From assembly GCA_035622275.1 (NCBI GenBank), contig DASPVQ010000001.1, forward strand, positions 10,607-74,606: a stretch of 64,000 nucleotides of DNA, written 5' to 3'. Each line of letters opens with the position of its first letter. The stretch's first letter is position 1. The notes beneath the pieces were generated by a model, which saw only the letters and a program-made list of their open reading frames with translations, had not been told where the DNA came from and ran no database searches. Both the position numbers and the translations under genes were made by a program. Below, piece by piece: positions 27,824 through 39,762 of this stretch. This DNA is from Thermoplasmata archaeon. GTDB taxonomy: Archaea > Thermoplasmatota > Thermoplasmata > Lutacidiplasmatales > UBA184.

Positions 27824-28701
27824 GCGGCCCGGCGCCGATGGGCCCCGACCGGGGGCCCCCAGGGAGCGGAGGACCGGGCGCCGCGCCGGCGCCGCCGTGG
27901 GTCGCCAAGACCGAGCTCGGCAAGCGCGTCGCCAGCGACCAGATCACGACGATGAGCCAGGCGCTCGCGACCGGCCTGCCGCTGCGCGAGCCGCAGATCG
28001 TCGACAAGCTGTTGCCCGGGCTCCACGACGAGGTGCTCGACGTCAACATGGTCCAGCGCATGACCGACTCCGGCCGCCGGTTCAAGTTCGCTGTGACCGT
28101 CGTGGTCGGCAACGGCGACGGCTTCGTCGGCCTCGGCCGGGCCAAGGGCCGCGAGGTGGGGCCGACGATCCGGCGCGCGATCGACCGAGCGAAGCTCGAG
28201 ATCGTCGAGGTCCTGCGCGGCTGCGGCAGCTGGGAATGCGGCTGCGGCCGCTCGCACACCCTCCCGTTCCAGGTCCACGGGCGCGCGGGCTCGGTGGTCG
28301 TGACGTTCAAGCCAGCTCCCCGGGGCGTCGGGCTCGCCGTCGGGGACGTCGCGAAGCCGATCCTGCGCTTCGCGGGGATCACCGACGCCTGGGGCTACAC
28401 CGACGGTCACTCGAAGACGACCGTGAACTACGCGCAGGCCGCCTACCGCACGCTCGTCGCGCTCTCCCAGGTCAAGGTGCCCGCCGAGGACGCGGCGCGA
28501 CTCAAGATCGTGCGGGGTCCGATCGGCACGTCGATCCTCCCTCCGAAGGAAGAGGGGGTCCGGCCGATGCGCGGCGGTCGGGGCGGGCGACGCCCGCCGC
28601 CCCGGGGCCCGCCGGGCCGCGGGGGACCGCCCCGTGGTGGGCCCGGGGGCGGACCCGGAGCGCCGGGCCGGCGGCCGGGACCCGGCACGCGGAGGGCCTG
28701 A
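27820..28701 (+). CDS. rps5: 30S ribosomal protein S5 with Arg/Gly/Pro-rich C-terminal tail
   Basis: ATGA overlap. S5 dsRBD plus the C-terminal domain, then ~45 aa RGGRGGRRPPPRGPPGRGG... Confidence 0.9.
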   Translation: MSGPAPMGPDRGPPGSGGPGAAPAPPWVAKTELGKRVASDQITTMSQALATGLPLREPQIVDKLLPGLHDEVLDVNMVQRMTDSGRRFKFAVTVVVGNGDGFVGLGRAKGREVGPTIRRAIDRAKLEIVEVLRGCGSWECGCGRSHTLPFQVHGRAGSVVVTFKPAPRGVGLAVGDVAKPILRFAGITDAWGYTDGHSKTTVNYAQAAYRTLVALSQVKVPAEDAARLKIVRGPIGTSILPPKEEGVRPMRGGRGGRRPPPRGPPGRGGPPRGGPGGGPGAPGRRPGPGTRRA

Positions 28702-28702
28702 G

Positions 28703-29161
28703 ATGGCGTTCGTGGTCGTGCGCGTGCGCGGGACGATCCACGCGCGACGCGACATCGTGGAGACGCTGCGCTTCCTCCACCTGACCCGCGCGAACCACGC
28801 GACCGTCGTGCCCGAGGCACCGCCGGTCCGCGGGATGCTGTTCAAGGTCCAGGGCTACGTCACCTGGGGCGAGGCCGAGCCCGAGACGCTCGGGCTGCTC
28901 CTGAAGGAGCGGGGCCGCGGCCCGGACGGCCACCCCCTCTCCGGTGGCGGTGAGGGGGTCGGCGCGGAGACCGTGGACCTCGCCGCGCTCTCGCGCGCGG
29001 TCGCGGACGGCGGCCTCTCGGGCGTGAAGGGCGTGCGCCCGCTCTTCCGGCTGAAGGCACCGAAGGGCGGGTGGCGGTCGACCAAGCGGCCGTACACGCT
29101 CGGCGGGGCCCTCGGCTACCGCGGACGCGCGATCAACGATCTCGTCCGCCGGATGGTGTGA
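28703..29161 (+). CDS. rpl30: 50S ribosomal protein L30
   Basis: MAFVVVRVRGTIH matches the archaeal L30 N-terminus. Start 2 nt after the S5 stop. Confidence 0.9.
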   Translation: MAFVVVRVRGTIHARRDIVETLRFLHLTRANHATVVPEAPPVRGMLFKVQGYVTWGEAEPETLGLLLKERGRGPDGHPLSGGGEGVGAETVDLAALSRAVADGGLSGVKGVRPLFRLKAPKGGWRSTKRPYTLGGALGYRGRAINDLVRRMV

Positions 29162-29163
29162 GG

Positions 29164-29598
29164 ATGCCGAGCCGCACCCGCAAGTTCCGAGGACTGCGCA
29201 CCCACGGCCGCGGCATCAAGGCCGGCCGGGGCGCGGGCAAGCAGGGGGGACGCGGCAACGCGGGGCTCCACAAGTACAAGTTCAAGTCGATGCTGATCTA
29301 CGCGCCCGACCACTTCGGGCGCCACGGCTTCACGCGGCCGCCCGAGACGGCGTCGGTCCCCCGCACGGTCAACGTCGGCGACCTCGACCGCCTGCTGCCC
29401 GAGCTCGAGTCCCGCGGCGCGATCGGCCGCGAGGGGGAAGCGTACGTCGCGGACCTCACCAAGGCCGGCATCGATCGGCTGCTGGGCAAGGGCGCGAGCG
29501 AGCGCACCTGGAAGGTGATCGTCGGGCACGCGAGCCGCCACGCCCGCGAGAAGGTCGCCGTCGTCGAGGCCGCCAGCGCGGCACCGGCGCCCCCGTAG
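29164..29598 (+). CDS. rpl15: 50S ribosomal protein L15
   Basis: RKFRGLRTHGRGIKAGRGAGKQGGRGNAG matches the L15 N-terminus. Confidence 0.9.
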   Translation: MPSRTRKFRGLRTHGRGIKAGRGAGKQGGRGNAGLHKYKFKSMLIYAPDHFGRHGFTRPPETASVPRTVNVGDLDRLLPELESRGAIGREGEAYVADLTKAGIDRLLGKGASERTWKVIVGHASRHAREKVAVVEAASAAPAPP

Positions 29599-29600
29599 AC

Positions 29601-29607
29601 TATATAA
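29601..29607 (+). promoter_or_regulatory. TATATAA box immediately after the rpl15 stop (internal promoter for secY)
   Basis: Canonical TATA ~28-34 nt upstream of ATG 29635, consistent with leaderless secY. Confidence 0.55.
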
Positions 29608-29634
29608 TCCGCGGTCGAGGTCGACAGCGGTTCG

Positions 29635-31401
29635 ATGGCGGACGAGGAGATCCCCCGGGACCACCGCTGGGCGATCCCGCTCTCGGTGATCGGCGTCGGG
29701 CTGTTCGCGATCATCTGGATCTGGGGCCAGCCGACCCCGATCGCGCTGGTCGTGGCGGGCGTCCTGATCTTCGTCCTGCTCGGGGTCCTCTACCTCGGCC
29801 TCTCCTACGCGGGGCCGCGCTCCCGACTCTACGGCCTCAAGCCGATCACGACGCGGATGCCCGCGGTCTCGCAGCCGAAGGGCCACGTCCACTTCCGCAC
29901 CAAGCTGCTGTGGACGATCGGGATCCTGCTGCTGTACTTCCTGCTCACGAACATCTACCTGTTCGGCGTCGACCAGTCCACCGTCATCGACCTGTTCGCG
30001 AGCTACCGCGCGATCCTCGCCGGCGCGCAGGGGACGCTGATGCACCTCGGCATCGGCCCGATCGTCACCGGGTCGATCATCATGCAGCTGTTCACCGGGG
30101 CGAAGATCATCAACCTCGACCTCACCGACGACGAGGACAAGGGGATGTACCAGGGGACCCAGAAGGTCCTCGTCGTCGCGATGATCTTCATCGAGGCGGT
30201 CCCCCAGGTCTTCGGCTACCTCACCCCGAGCTCGAGCCTGGTCGCGAGCCTCGGCTCGGCCTCCCCCGGCAACGGCGTCCTCCTCGCGAACGTGATCATC
30301 ATCGCGCAGCTCGTCTTCGGCAGCTACCTCGTCTTCCTGATGGACGAGGTCGTCTCGAAATGGGGGATCGGCAGCGGGATCTCGCTGTTCATCGCCGCCG
30401 GCGTGAGCCAGCAGATCGTCCAGGGGACGATCAACTGGATCCCGCAGACGCCGAGCGCCCCGGTGTCGACCGGCAACCTGCCCAGCGGCACGATCCCGAA
30501 GATGATCTACGTCTTCACGCACCTGTCCGCCTCCCAGATGGCGAGCGGCGGCTGGGAGCTCGTCCTGTTACGTCAGCCGAACCCGTTGATCGCCCTCATC
30601 GGCACCGCCGCGATCTTCTTCCTCGTGGCGTGGACGGAGTCGACGCGCATCGAGCTGCCGCTCTCGCACGCCGAGGCGCGCGGGGCGCGCGGTCGCTACC
30701 CGTTGCGCCTGATCTACGCCTCGAACATCCCGGTCATCCTGATGAGCGCGCTGCTCGCGAACGTGAGCGTCTTCACGATCCTGTTGTGGACCAACCCGAC
30801 GCTCATCCACTTCCCCGTGATCGGGCACCAGTGGTGGATCGGCTCGTATCCGACGAGCACGCAAGCGACCGCGTTAGGGATCAGCCAGACCCAGCCGTTA
30901 ACGGGCGGGGCGTACTACTTCTCGACGGTCAACGGCCTCGAGTCCTGGTTGCTGCCGATCATCAACTACCAGCAGTACGGCCAGTTCCTCGTCGGCCACA
31001 CCTGGTGGCAGGGTCTCGTGCACGTCGTCGTCTACTTCGGCGCGATGGTCGGCGGCTCGATCCTCTTCGCGAAGTTCTGGATCCAGACGACGAACATGGG
31101 GCCGGAGGCGGTCGCGAAACAGATCGAGGCGTCCGGCATGCAGATCCCGGGCTTTCGTCGAGAACCCCGCGTGTTACGCCGCGTGCTGGAGCGCTACATC
31201 CCCGTGATCACCGTGATCTCCGGGGCCGCGGTCGGCGCGCTCGCCGCGGGGGCCGACCTCATCGGGACGCTCGGCAATGCGAGCGGCACCGGCGTGCTGC
31301 TGATGGTGGGGATCATCATCAACCTCTACGAGGCGATGGGTCGCGAGCAGCTGATGGAGATGAACCCGCTGCTCCGGCGCTTCCTCGGAGGCGAGGCGTA
31401 G
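29635..31401 (+). CDS. secY: preprotein translocase subunit SecY (unusually long, 588 aa, with N-terminal two-TM extension)
   Basis: Canonical SecY similarity begins near LYGLKPITTRMPAVSQP...KLLWT. The ~65 upstream residues carry two hydrophobic segments. Internal insertions are also present. Confidence 0.9.
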   Translation: MADEEIPRDHRWAIPLSVIGVGLFAIIWIWGQPTPIALVVAGVLIFVLLGVLYLGLSYAGPRSRLYGLKPITTRMPAVSQPKGHVHFRTKLLWTIGILLLYFLLTNIYLFGVDQSTVIDLFASYRAILAGAQGTLMHLGIGPIVTGSIIMQLFTGAKIINLDLTDDEDKGMYQGTQKVLVVAMIFIEAVPQVFGYLTPSSSLVASLGSASPGNGVLLANVIIIAQLVFGSYLVFLMDEVVSKWGIGSGISLFIAAGVSQQIVQGTINWIPQTPSAPVSTGNLPSGTIPKMIYVFTHLSASQMASGGWELVLLRQPNPLIALIGTAAIFFLVAWTESTRIELPLSHAEARGARGRYPLRLIYASNIPVILMSALLANVSVFTILLWTNPTLIHFPVIGHQWWIGSYPTSTQATALGISQTQPLTGGAYYFSTVNGLESWLLPIINYQQYGQFLVGHTWWQGLVHVVVYFGAMVGGSILFAKFWIQTTNMGPEAVAKQIEASGMQIPGFRREPRVLRRVLERYIPVITVISGAAVGALAAGADLIGTLGNASGTGVLLMVGIIINLYEAMGREQLMEMNPLLRRFLGGEA

Positions 31402-32235
31402 GTGCCGACCGACGAGGAGCCGCTGCCCAGCAGCCATGCGCTGGCGTCCTCCGACGACGGCGGGCCGGAGGAGGCCTCGGCGGAGCCCGCGAGCGCGCCG
31501 GCGGCGCCCGCGAGCCGCCCGGCGGGCCCGGTCTTCAAGTTCTCGACGTTCGTCTACGTCTTCCTGGGCCTCCTCGGCCTGTTGATGGTCTTCGATACCG
31601 GTGCCCGCAACGCGATCGCCGGCGCCCTCGGCATCGGCCCGAATACCCTCGGCTTCCCGACGAGCGGGCCGCTGTACTTCCTGATCGGCTTCGGCTCGGG
31701 CTACCTGCTGCTCACGATGGCCCTCGCCGGCGCGATCGAGATGCTGATCACGGCGTTCGCCTACAACTACACGACCGACTGGATCAAAGCCGCGAAGGTC
31801 CAGAAGTGGAGCGCGGCGTTCCGCAAGGTCCAGATGGAGGCGATCCGCTCGGGCAAGAAGGACCGGATCGCCGCGCTCAAGCCGCACCAGGAGCGACTCA
31901 CGCGCCTGTCGAGCGAGGTGTCGATCGCCCAGTTCAAGGGCATGGCGATCACCTGGTTCCTCCTGATCCTGATCTACACCTGGGTCGGCCTCGTCATCGG
32001 CTCGGCGACGATCGCGCAGCAGACCGTCAGCCTCGGCGGTACCGTGATCAACCTGAACACCTACCGGGTCTTCGGCTACTTCCCGCTCTGGTTCTTCATC
32101 TTCAGCCTGTACACCGTGCCGCTCTCGCTCGTCTTCCGGCGCATCCTGAAGAACTACTGGCTACGCCGGTACGAGGCGCGGCGGCTGAGCGAAGCGACCC
32201 CTCCGGCCGCGGACGCGACCGGGGGACCGGCGTGA
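31402..32235 (+). CDS. DUF106 family membrane protein (archaeal YidC/Oxa1/EMC3-like insertase homolog)
   Basis: GTG start right after the secY TAG. Three TM helices with a cytosolic coiled-coil, in the conserved archaeal position next to secY. Confidence 0.7.
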   Translation: MPTDEEPLPSSHALASSDDGGPEEASAEPASAPAAPASRPAGPVFKFSTFVYVFLGLLGLLMVFDTGARNAIAGALGIGPNTLGFPTSGPLYFLIGFGSGYLLLTMALAGAIEMLITAFAYNYTTDWIKAAKVQKWSAAFRKVQMEAIRSGKKDRIAALKPHQERLTRLSSEVSIAQFKGMAITWFLLILIYTWVGLVIGSATIAQQTVSLGGTVINLNTYRVFGYFPLWFFIFSLYTVPLSLVFRRILKNYWLRRYEARRLSEATPPAADATGGPA

Positions 32236-32780
32236 TCGACCGGGTCGTCGCGATCGGCGGGCCGGCGGGCAGCGGCAAGTCGACCGCCGGCCGCGGCGTC
32301 GCCGAGCGCCTCGGGCTCGTCTACGTGAGCGCGGGCGAGCTCTTCCGGTCGGAAGCCCAGGCGCGGGGCCTCGATCTCGCCGCGTTCGGTCGCTACGCGG
32401 AAGCGCACCCCGAGGTCGACCGCTCGCTCGACGAGCGGATGCAGTCGCTCGCGCGGCCCGGCCACCTCCTGGAGGGACGCGTGCAGGGACCGCTGTGCCG
32501 GCGGCGGGACGTGCCGGTCGCCTACGTCGTGGTGACCGCGGAGGCCGAAGAGCGCGCTCGGCGCATCGCCGGACGCGACGGACGGACCGTGCTGGCCGCG
32601 CGGGAGGAGATCCGGCAGCGCGAGGCGAGCGAGCGCGCCCGCTATGCCGCGATCTACGGGATCGACCTCGAGCGGGAGGTGCCGGATCTCACCATCGACT
32701 CGACCTTGCGTCCGGCCGAGCGCGTCGTGGAGATGATCGTCGCGTTCCTCGCGCCGGCCACGGGCGACGCCGACCGATGA
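32232..32780 (+). CDS. cmk: cytidylate kinase (archaeal type)
   Basis: GTGA overlap. P-loop GGPAGSGKST. 182-aa archaeal CMP kinase pattern. Confidence 0.85.
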   Translation: MIDRVVAIGGPAGSGKSTAGRGVAERLGLVYVSAGELFRSEAQARGLDLAAFGRYAEAHPEVDRSLDERMQSLARPGHLLEGRVQGPLCRRRDVPVAYVVVTAEAEERARRIAGRDGRTVLAAREEIRQREASERARYAAIYGIDLEREVPDLTIDSTLRPAERVVEMIVAFLAPATGDADR

Positions 32781-33745
32781 GCGACGCGCCGCCCGACCCG
32801 GTCGGCGCGCGGATCGCGGCCGGTGCCTTCCTGCTCGTCGACAAGCCGCGCGGCCCGAGCTCGCACCAGGTCGCGGCCTGGGCGCGGGACCTCCTCGGCG
32901 TCCCGCGGGCCGGGCACGCGGGCACGCTCGACCCCAACGTGTCGGGCGTGCTGTGGGTCGGGCTCGGGCCGGCCCTCAAGCTGATCCCGCTCGTCCTCGA
33001 GTTCCCGAAGCGCTACGTCGGGGTCGTGGTCCTCCACGGCCGGGTCGGCGCCCGTGAGCTCGCGAGCGTGTTCGCCGAGTTCACGGGACCGATCTACCAG
33101 ACCCCGCCCGTGCGCTCCGCCGTCCGCCGCGAGCGGCGGGTGCGCACGATCCACCGGCTCCGTCTGACCGAGCGGGACGACGAGCGGCTCGTGCTCGACG
33201 TGGTCGCGGACTCGGGGACGTACGTGCGCACGCTCGCGGTCGACCTCGGCGACGCGCTCGGCGTCGGCGCCCATCTCGAGGAGCTGCGCCGCGTCGGGAC
33301 CGGGCCGTTCGACGAGGCGGCGAGCGTGACGCTGCTGGGGATCGCGGACGCGGTCGCCCGGCGCGCCGACGGGGACCCGGCCGAGCTGCTCACGCTCCTC
33401 CATCCGATCGAGGAGGTCTGGCGCGAGTTCCCGCGGATCGTCGTGCGGGACTCCGCCGCGAGCGCGGTGGCCCACGGCGCGGGCCTGGCGAGCGGCGGGA
33501 TCCTGCGGATCGAGCGGCCGTTCGGCAGCGACGCGCGCGTCGCGCTCGTGGACCGGGAGGGCGCCCTGATCGCGACGGGCGTCGCGCGGGCGGGCTCGGA
33601 TCGGATCGCCGAGGTCCCCCACGGATGGGTCGTCACGCAGACCCGCGTCTTCGTCCCCCCGGAGCGCTTCCCCGCCCGCTGGAACCGCTCGGGCGCCGCC
33701 CGCGAGCCCCCGACCGCCACCGACGCTCCGCCGCCGGCGCCGTGA
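32777..33745 (+). CDS. truB: tRNA/rRNA pseudouridine synthase Cbf5 (TruB family, with PUA domain)
   Basis: ATGA overlap. HAGTLDPNVSGVL catalytic Asp motif. PUA domain at the C-terminus. Confidence 0.9.
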   Translation: MSDAPPDPVGARIAAGAFLLVDKPRGPSSHQVAAWARDLLGVPRAGHAGTLDPNVSGVLWVGLGPALKLIPLVLEFPKRYVGVVVLHGRVGARELASVFAEFTGPIYQTPPVRSAVRRERRVRTIHRLRLTERDDERLVLDVVADSGTYVRTLAVDLGDALGVGAHLEELRRVGTGPFDEAASVTLLGIADAVARRADGDPAELLTLLHPIEEVWREFPRIVVRDSAASAVAHGAGLASGGILRIERPFGSDARVALVDREGALIATGVARAGSDRIAEVPHGWVVTQTRVFVPPERFPARWNRSGAAREPPTATDAPPPAP

Positions 33746-33858
33746 GCGCCCGCGCCCCGGGGACGACGCTCGCGCATCCGATGGGGTCATATCGCGACGG
33801 CCGTTGGCCGGGCGAGCCCCGCGGCCGGCGGGCCGCGATCGGGCGCGCGAGCGACGAC

Positions 33859-36774
<2,916 letters not shown>

Positions 36775-36777
36775 GCC

Positions 36778-37221
36778 GTGGCCGAGCCGATCGCCGAGGT
36801 CGTCGACCGGCCGGACGACGACGCGCTCCGGCGCGAGATCCAGGCGCTCTGGGCGACCCCGGGCCAGCGCGAGGCGGTCGAGCGGACGCTCGATCTGTTG
36901 CGGGCCCTCAACGAGCGAGGGCTCCTGGACGGCGCCCGCGCGATCCTCGAGGGCAACGAGGCGTCCGGCCGGGCGATCCGCGAGTTCCTGATGCGCAGCC
37001 AGGACCTGCGGATCGCCCGGAACCTCCGGGCCGCCTTCGAGCTGCTCGCCGCGATCGACCTCGGCGGGGGCGGCCGGGGCGCCGGGCGGTCCCCCGGCGC
37101 CCCCGCGCGGCCGATGGGACTCCTCGAGCTGCGGCGCCGCCTGCGCGATCCGGACGTGAGCGCAGGCCTCGAGGTCGTCCTCGGCGCGCTCGCGGCCATC
37201 GGGCGAGCCCGCCGCGGGTGA
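36778..37221 (+). CDS. DUF1641 domain protein (YrhD-like, FDH-associated)
   Basis: 147 aa with GTG start. Conserved partner of YrhE-type formate dehydrogenases. Confidence 0.7.
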   Translation: MAEPIAEVVDRPDDDALRREIQALWATPGQREAVERTLDLLRALNERGLLDGARAILEGNEASGRAIREFLMRSQDLRIARNLRAAFELLAAIDLGGGGRGAGRSPGAPARPMGLLELRRRLRDPDVSAGLEVVLGALAAIGRARRG

Positions 37222-37236
37222 GCCGGGGGCCGGGCC

Positions 37237-38148
37237 GTGGACGGAACCCGAGCGCCCCGATCCGAGCGGCCCGGGGCCGTCGTGCGCGTGGCGGTGCACC
37301 GGGTGGGCGCGGCGGCCGCGCGGGGCGGACCGGTCGACGAGGTCGTCGCCGAGGAACCCCTGGAGATCCGCGTCGTGCCGCCGGGCGACGGTCCGGCGGT
37401 CCCCATCGCGATCACGATGCGAACCCCCGGCCACGACTTCGAGCTCGCGGCCGGATTCGCGCTCAGCGAACAGATCGTCGGCGCTCCCGCGGAGATCCGG
37501 GGCCTGCGCTACTGCACCGCGCCCGGCGAGGAGCAGTGGTTCAACGTCGTCGACCTCGAGCTCGCGCGGCCGTTCGATCCCGAGGCGTTCCGGCGCAACG
37601 TCTACACGAGCTCGAGCTGCGGGATCTGCGGTCGCGCCACGCTCGACCGACTGCGGGCGACCGGCCTGGCGCCGCCGCGCCGCGGGCCCTCGATCGACCC
37701 GAACCTCCTGCGGGGCCTGCCGGGGGCGCTGCGCTCGGCCCAGTCGCTCTTTGCCCGGACCGGAGGGCTCCACGCGACCGGCATCGCCCGGGCCGACGGT
37801 CGATTCTCGGTCGTCCGCGAGGACGTCGGGCGGCACAACGCCTTCGACAAGGCCGTCGGGCGGCTCGCGCTCGACGGGGCGCTACCGGCTTCGGCGACGA
37901 TCGCGGTCGTCAGCGGTCGCGCGAGCTTCGAGCTCGTCCAGAAGGCGGTCATCGCCGGCATCCCGGCGCTGGCGGCGGTCGGGGCGCCGAGCCATCTCGC
38001 CGTCGCGCTCGCCCGCGAGTTCGGGATCCTGCTGGTCGGCTTCCTGCGGGCGGACGGGTTCACCGTCTACGCGGGCGAGGACCGGCTCGCCGCCGGTCGC
38101 CCGGCGGGGACTCCGGCGCCGTCCGCGACCGCGGCGGATCCCGGATGA
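37237..38148 (+). CDS. fdhD: formate dehydrogenase accessory sulfurtransferase FdhD
   Basis: SSCGICG active-site cysteine loop and GGLHA motif. Confidence 0.85.
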   Translation: MDGTRAPRSERPGAVVRVAVHRVGAAAARGGPVDEVVAEEPLEIRVVPPGDGPAVPIAITMRTPGHDFELAAGFALSEQIVGAPAEIRGLRYCTAPGEEQWFNVVDLELARPFDPEAFRRNVYTSSSCGICGRATLDRLRATGLAPPRRGPSIDPNLLRGLPGALRSAQSLFARTGGLHATGIARADGRFSVVREDVGRHNAFDKAVGRLALDGALPASATIAVVSGRASFELVQKAVIAGIPALAAVGAPSHLAVALAREFGILLVGFLRADGFTVYAGEDRLAAGRPAGTPAPSATAADPG

Positions 38149-39313
38149 GCCACTGGACCCGGACGCGTTCTCCCCGGTGGTACGTCCGCGCGCGCCGCAG
38201 ATAGCCGAACGCGTCCGCCGCCAGCAGCGCGCGGTAGCGGTTCACGCCCCAGCCGAGGGGCTCGGCCCACCCGTCGCGCGCCCGCATCAGGACCGTGGAG
38301 TCCATGCGGTGGTCGATCGCGAGCGTGCGGTCGAGCCGCAGCCGGCCGAAGCGCCGCAGCTCCCGGCCCACGAGTCGCCCGAGCAGCGCCAGGCCGAACT
38401 CGTGGAACGCCACCACCGCGCTCTCGACCTGGCCGGGCAGCAGCAGGACCGGCGTGCCGCCGACCTCCCCGATCCCGGCCCGCTTCAGGACGTTGACCCG
38501 GGTCCCGCCCACCCTCAGTGTTCCCTCCGCGGCGACCGCGCGCTTCGTGAGATCCCGGGGGCCGAGCGACGTCCCACCGATCGTGATGACGAGATCCGCG
38601 TCGCGGGCCGCCCGGCAGAGCCGGCGCCGCAGCTCGGCCGGCTCGTCCGGCACCGGCGCTTCCTGCCGGCACTGCGCCCAGGTCCCCGCGACCGCGCCGA
38701 GCCAGGGGCCGATCGAGTCGATCGGCGCGCGCCCCGGGCTCGGGCGGGCGAGCTCGCTGCCCGTCGGAAGCACGATCACCCGCCGACGTTCGACCTCGAC
38801 GGACGCCTGCCGGGCCGCGATCAGCGCCGCGAGAGCGTAGGCGTCGATCGGAAGCCCCTGGCTCGCGATGCGATCGCCGCGCGAAAGCGCCGAGCCGACC
38901 CGATGGATGTCGCGACCGGCTGCGAGCAAGGTCCGCAGGACGAGCACCCCGCCGTCGGACCTCGTCGCCTCCAGTCGGGCGACGGCGGAGGTGCCGCGCG
39001 GCACACGGGCCCCGGTCGCGACCGGGCATGCCTGCCCCGGTCGAAGCGAGGCAGCGCGCGGCGGATCCACGAGCGCGAAGCGGAGGCGGTCCCCCCGTAG
39101 GCCGAATCGGACCGCGAAGCCGTCCATCGCGGCCGTGGGGCGGGACGGAAGGTCGAGCGACGACACGATGTCCCGCGCGGGGATGCGTCCGAGCGCGTCG
39201 AGCACGCGAACCGACTCCGTCGCCGTCGGCCGCAACCGCAGGGACGCGAGCCGCGCCCGCGCCTCCCGCAAGGGGAGCAGCGGATATGGGCCGGTCGATG
39301 TACGGTCGCTCAC
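38060..39313 (-). CDS. moeA: molybdopterin molybdenumtransferase MoeA
   Basis: 417 aa with the MoeA N, central (VLPTGSEL) and C domains. Its 3' end overlaps fdhD convergently by 89 nt. Confidence 0.85.
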   Translation of the reverse strand: MSDRTSTGPYPLLPLREARARLASLRLRPTATESVRVLDALGRIPARDIVSSLDLPSRPTAAMDGFAVRFGLRGDRLRFALVDPPRAASLRPGQACPVATGARVPRGTSAVARLEATRSDGGVLVLRTLLAAGRDIHRVGSALSRGDRIASQGLPIDAYALAALIAARQASVEVERRRVIVLPTGSELARPSPGRAPIDSIGPWLGAVAGTWAQCRQEAPVPDEPAELRRRLCRAARDADLVITIGGTSLGPRDLTKRAVAAEGTLRVGGTRVNVLKRAGIGEVGGTPVLLLPGQVESAVVAFHEFGLALLGRLVGRELRRFGRLRLDRTLAIDHRMDSTVLMRARDGWAEPLGWGVNRYRALLAADAFGYLRRARTYHRGERVRVQWLIRDPPRSRTAPESPPGDRRRAGPRPRRR

Positions 39314-39342
39314 GCCCTCGGCCGGCGTCGGGGGCGACGACC

Positions 39343-39762
39343 ATGCCCCTCGTCGTCCAGCTCGTTGGCAGCCACGGCTCGGGAAAAACCCTTGCCCTGA
39401 CGCGGGTGGTCCGCCGCCTGCGTCGCTCGGGATGGCGCGTGACGGTCCTCAAGCATTCGCACCACGCCATCGACCTGAGGGGGACGGACACGGATCGATA
39501 CCGTCGTAGCGGGGCCAATGCCGTGGTGTTCGCCGGACGCGACAGCGTCGCGTTTCTCGACGGGGACCCCCTCCGATTCGCACGGTCCCTGCCCTCCGAC
39601 GTCCTCCTGATCGAGGGCTACCACGCGCGCCGGCTGGGTCGTCGGTTCCGGATCGATGGACCGCACGACGTCGATCGGATCGTGCGCGAGATTCGCGCGT
39701 ACCTGGAGCGGAAGCTCCGGGGTCCGTCCCCGCGGCGCCCGGCACGCCGGAGGCGAGCGTGA
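39343..39762 (+). CDS. mobB: molybdopterin-guanine dinucleotide biosynthesis protein MobB
   Basis: P-loop GSHGSGKT. M106 of ORF 39028..39762. Divergent from moeA with a 29-nt spacer. Confidence 0.8.
   Translation: MPLVVQLVGSHGSGKTLALTRVVRRLRRSGWRVTVLKHSHHAIDLRGTDTDRYRRSGANAVVFAGRDSVAFLDGDPLRFARSLPSDVLLIEGYHARRLGRRFRIDGPHDVDRIVREIRAYLERKLRGPSPRRPARRRRA

Noticed and set aside
29116-30522. 468-aa ORF antisense to rpl15 and secY
   Set aside because: It lies opposite strongly supported genes and has Asp/Arg-rich junk composition.
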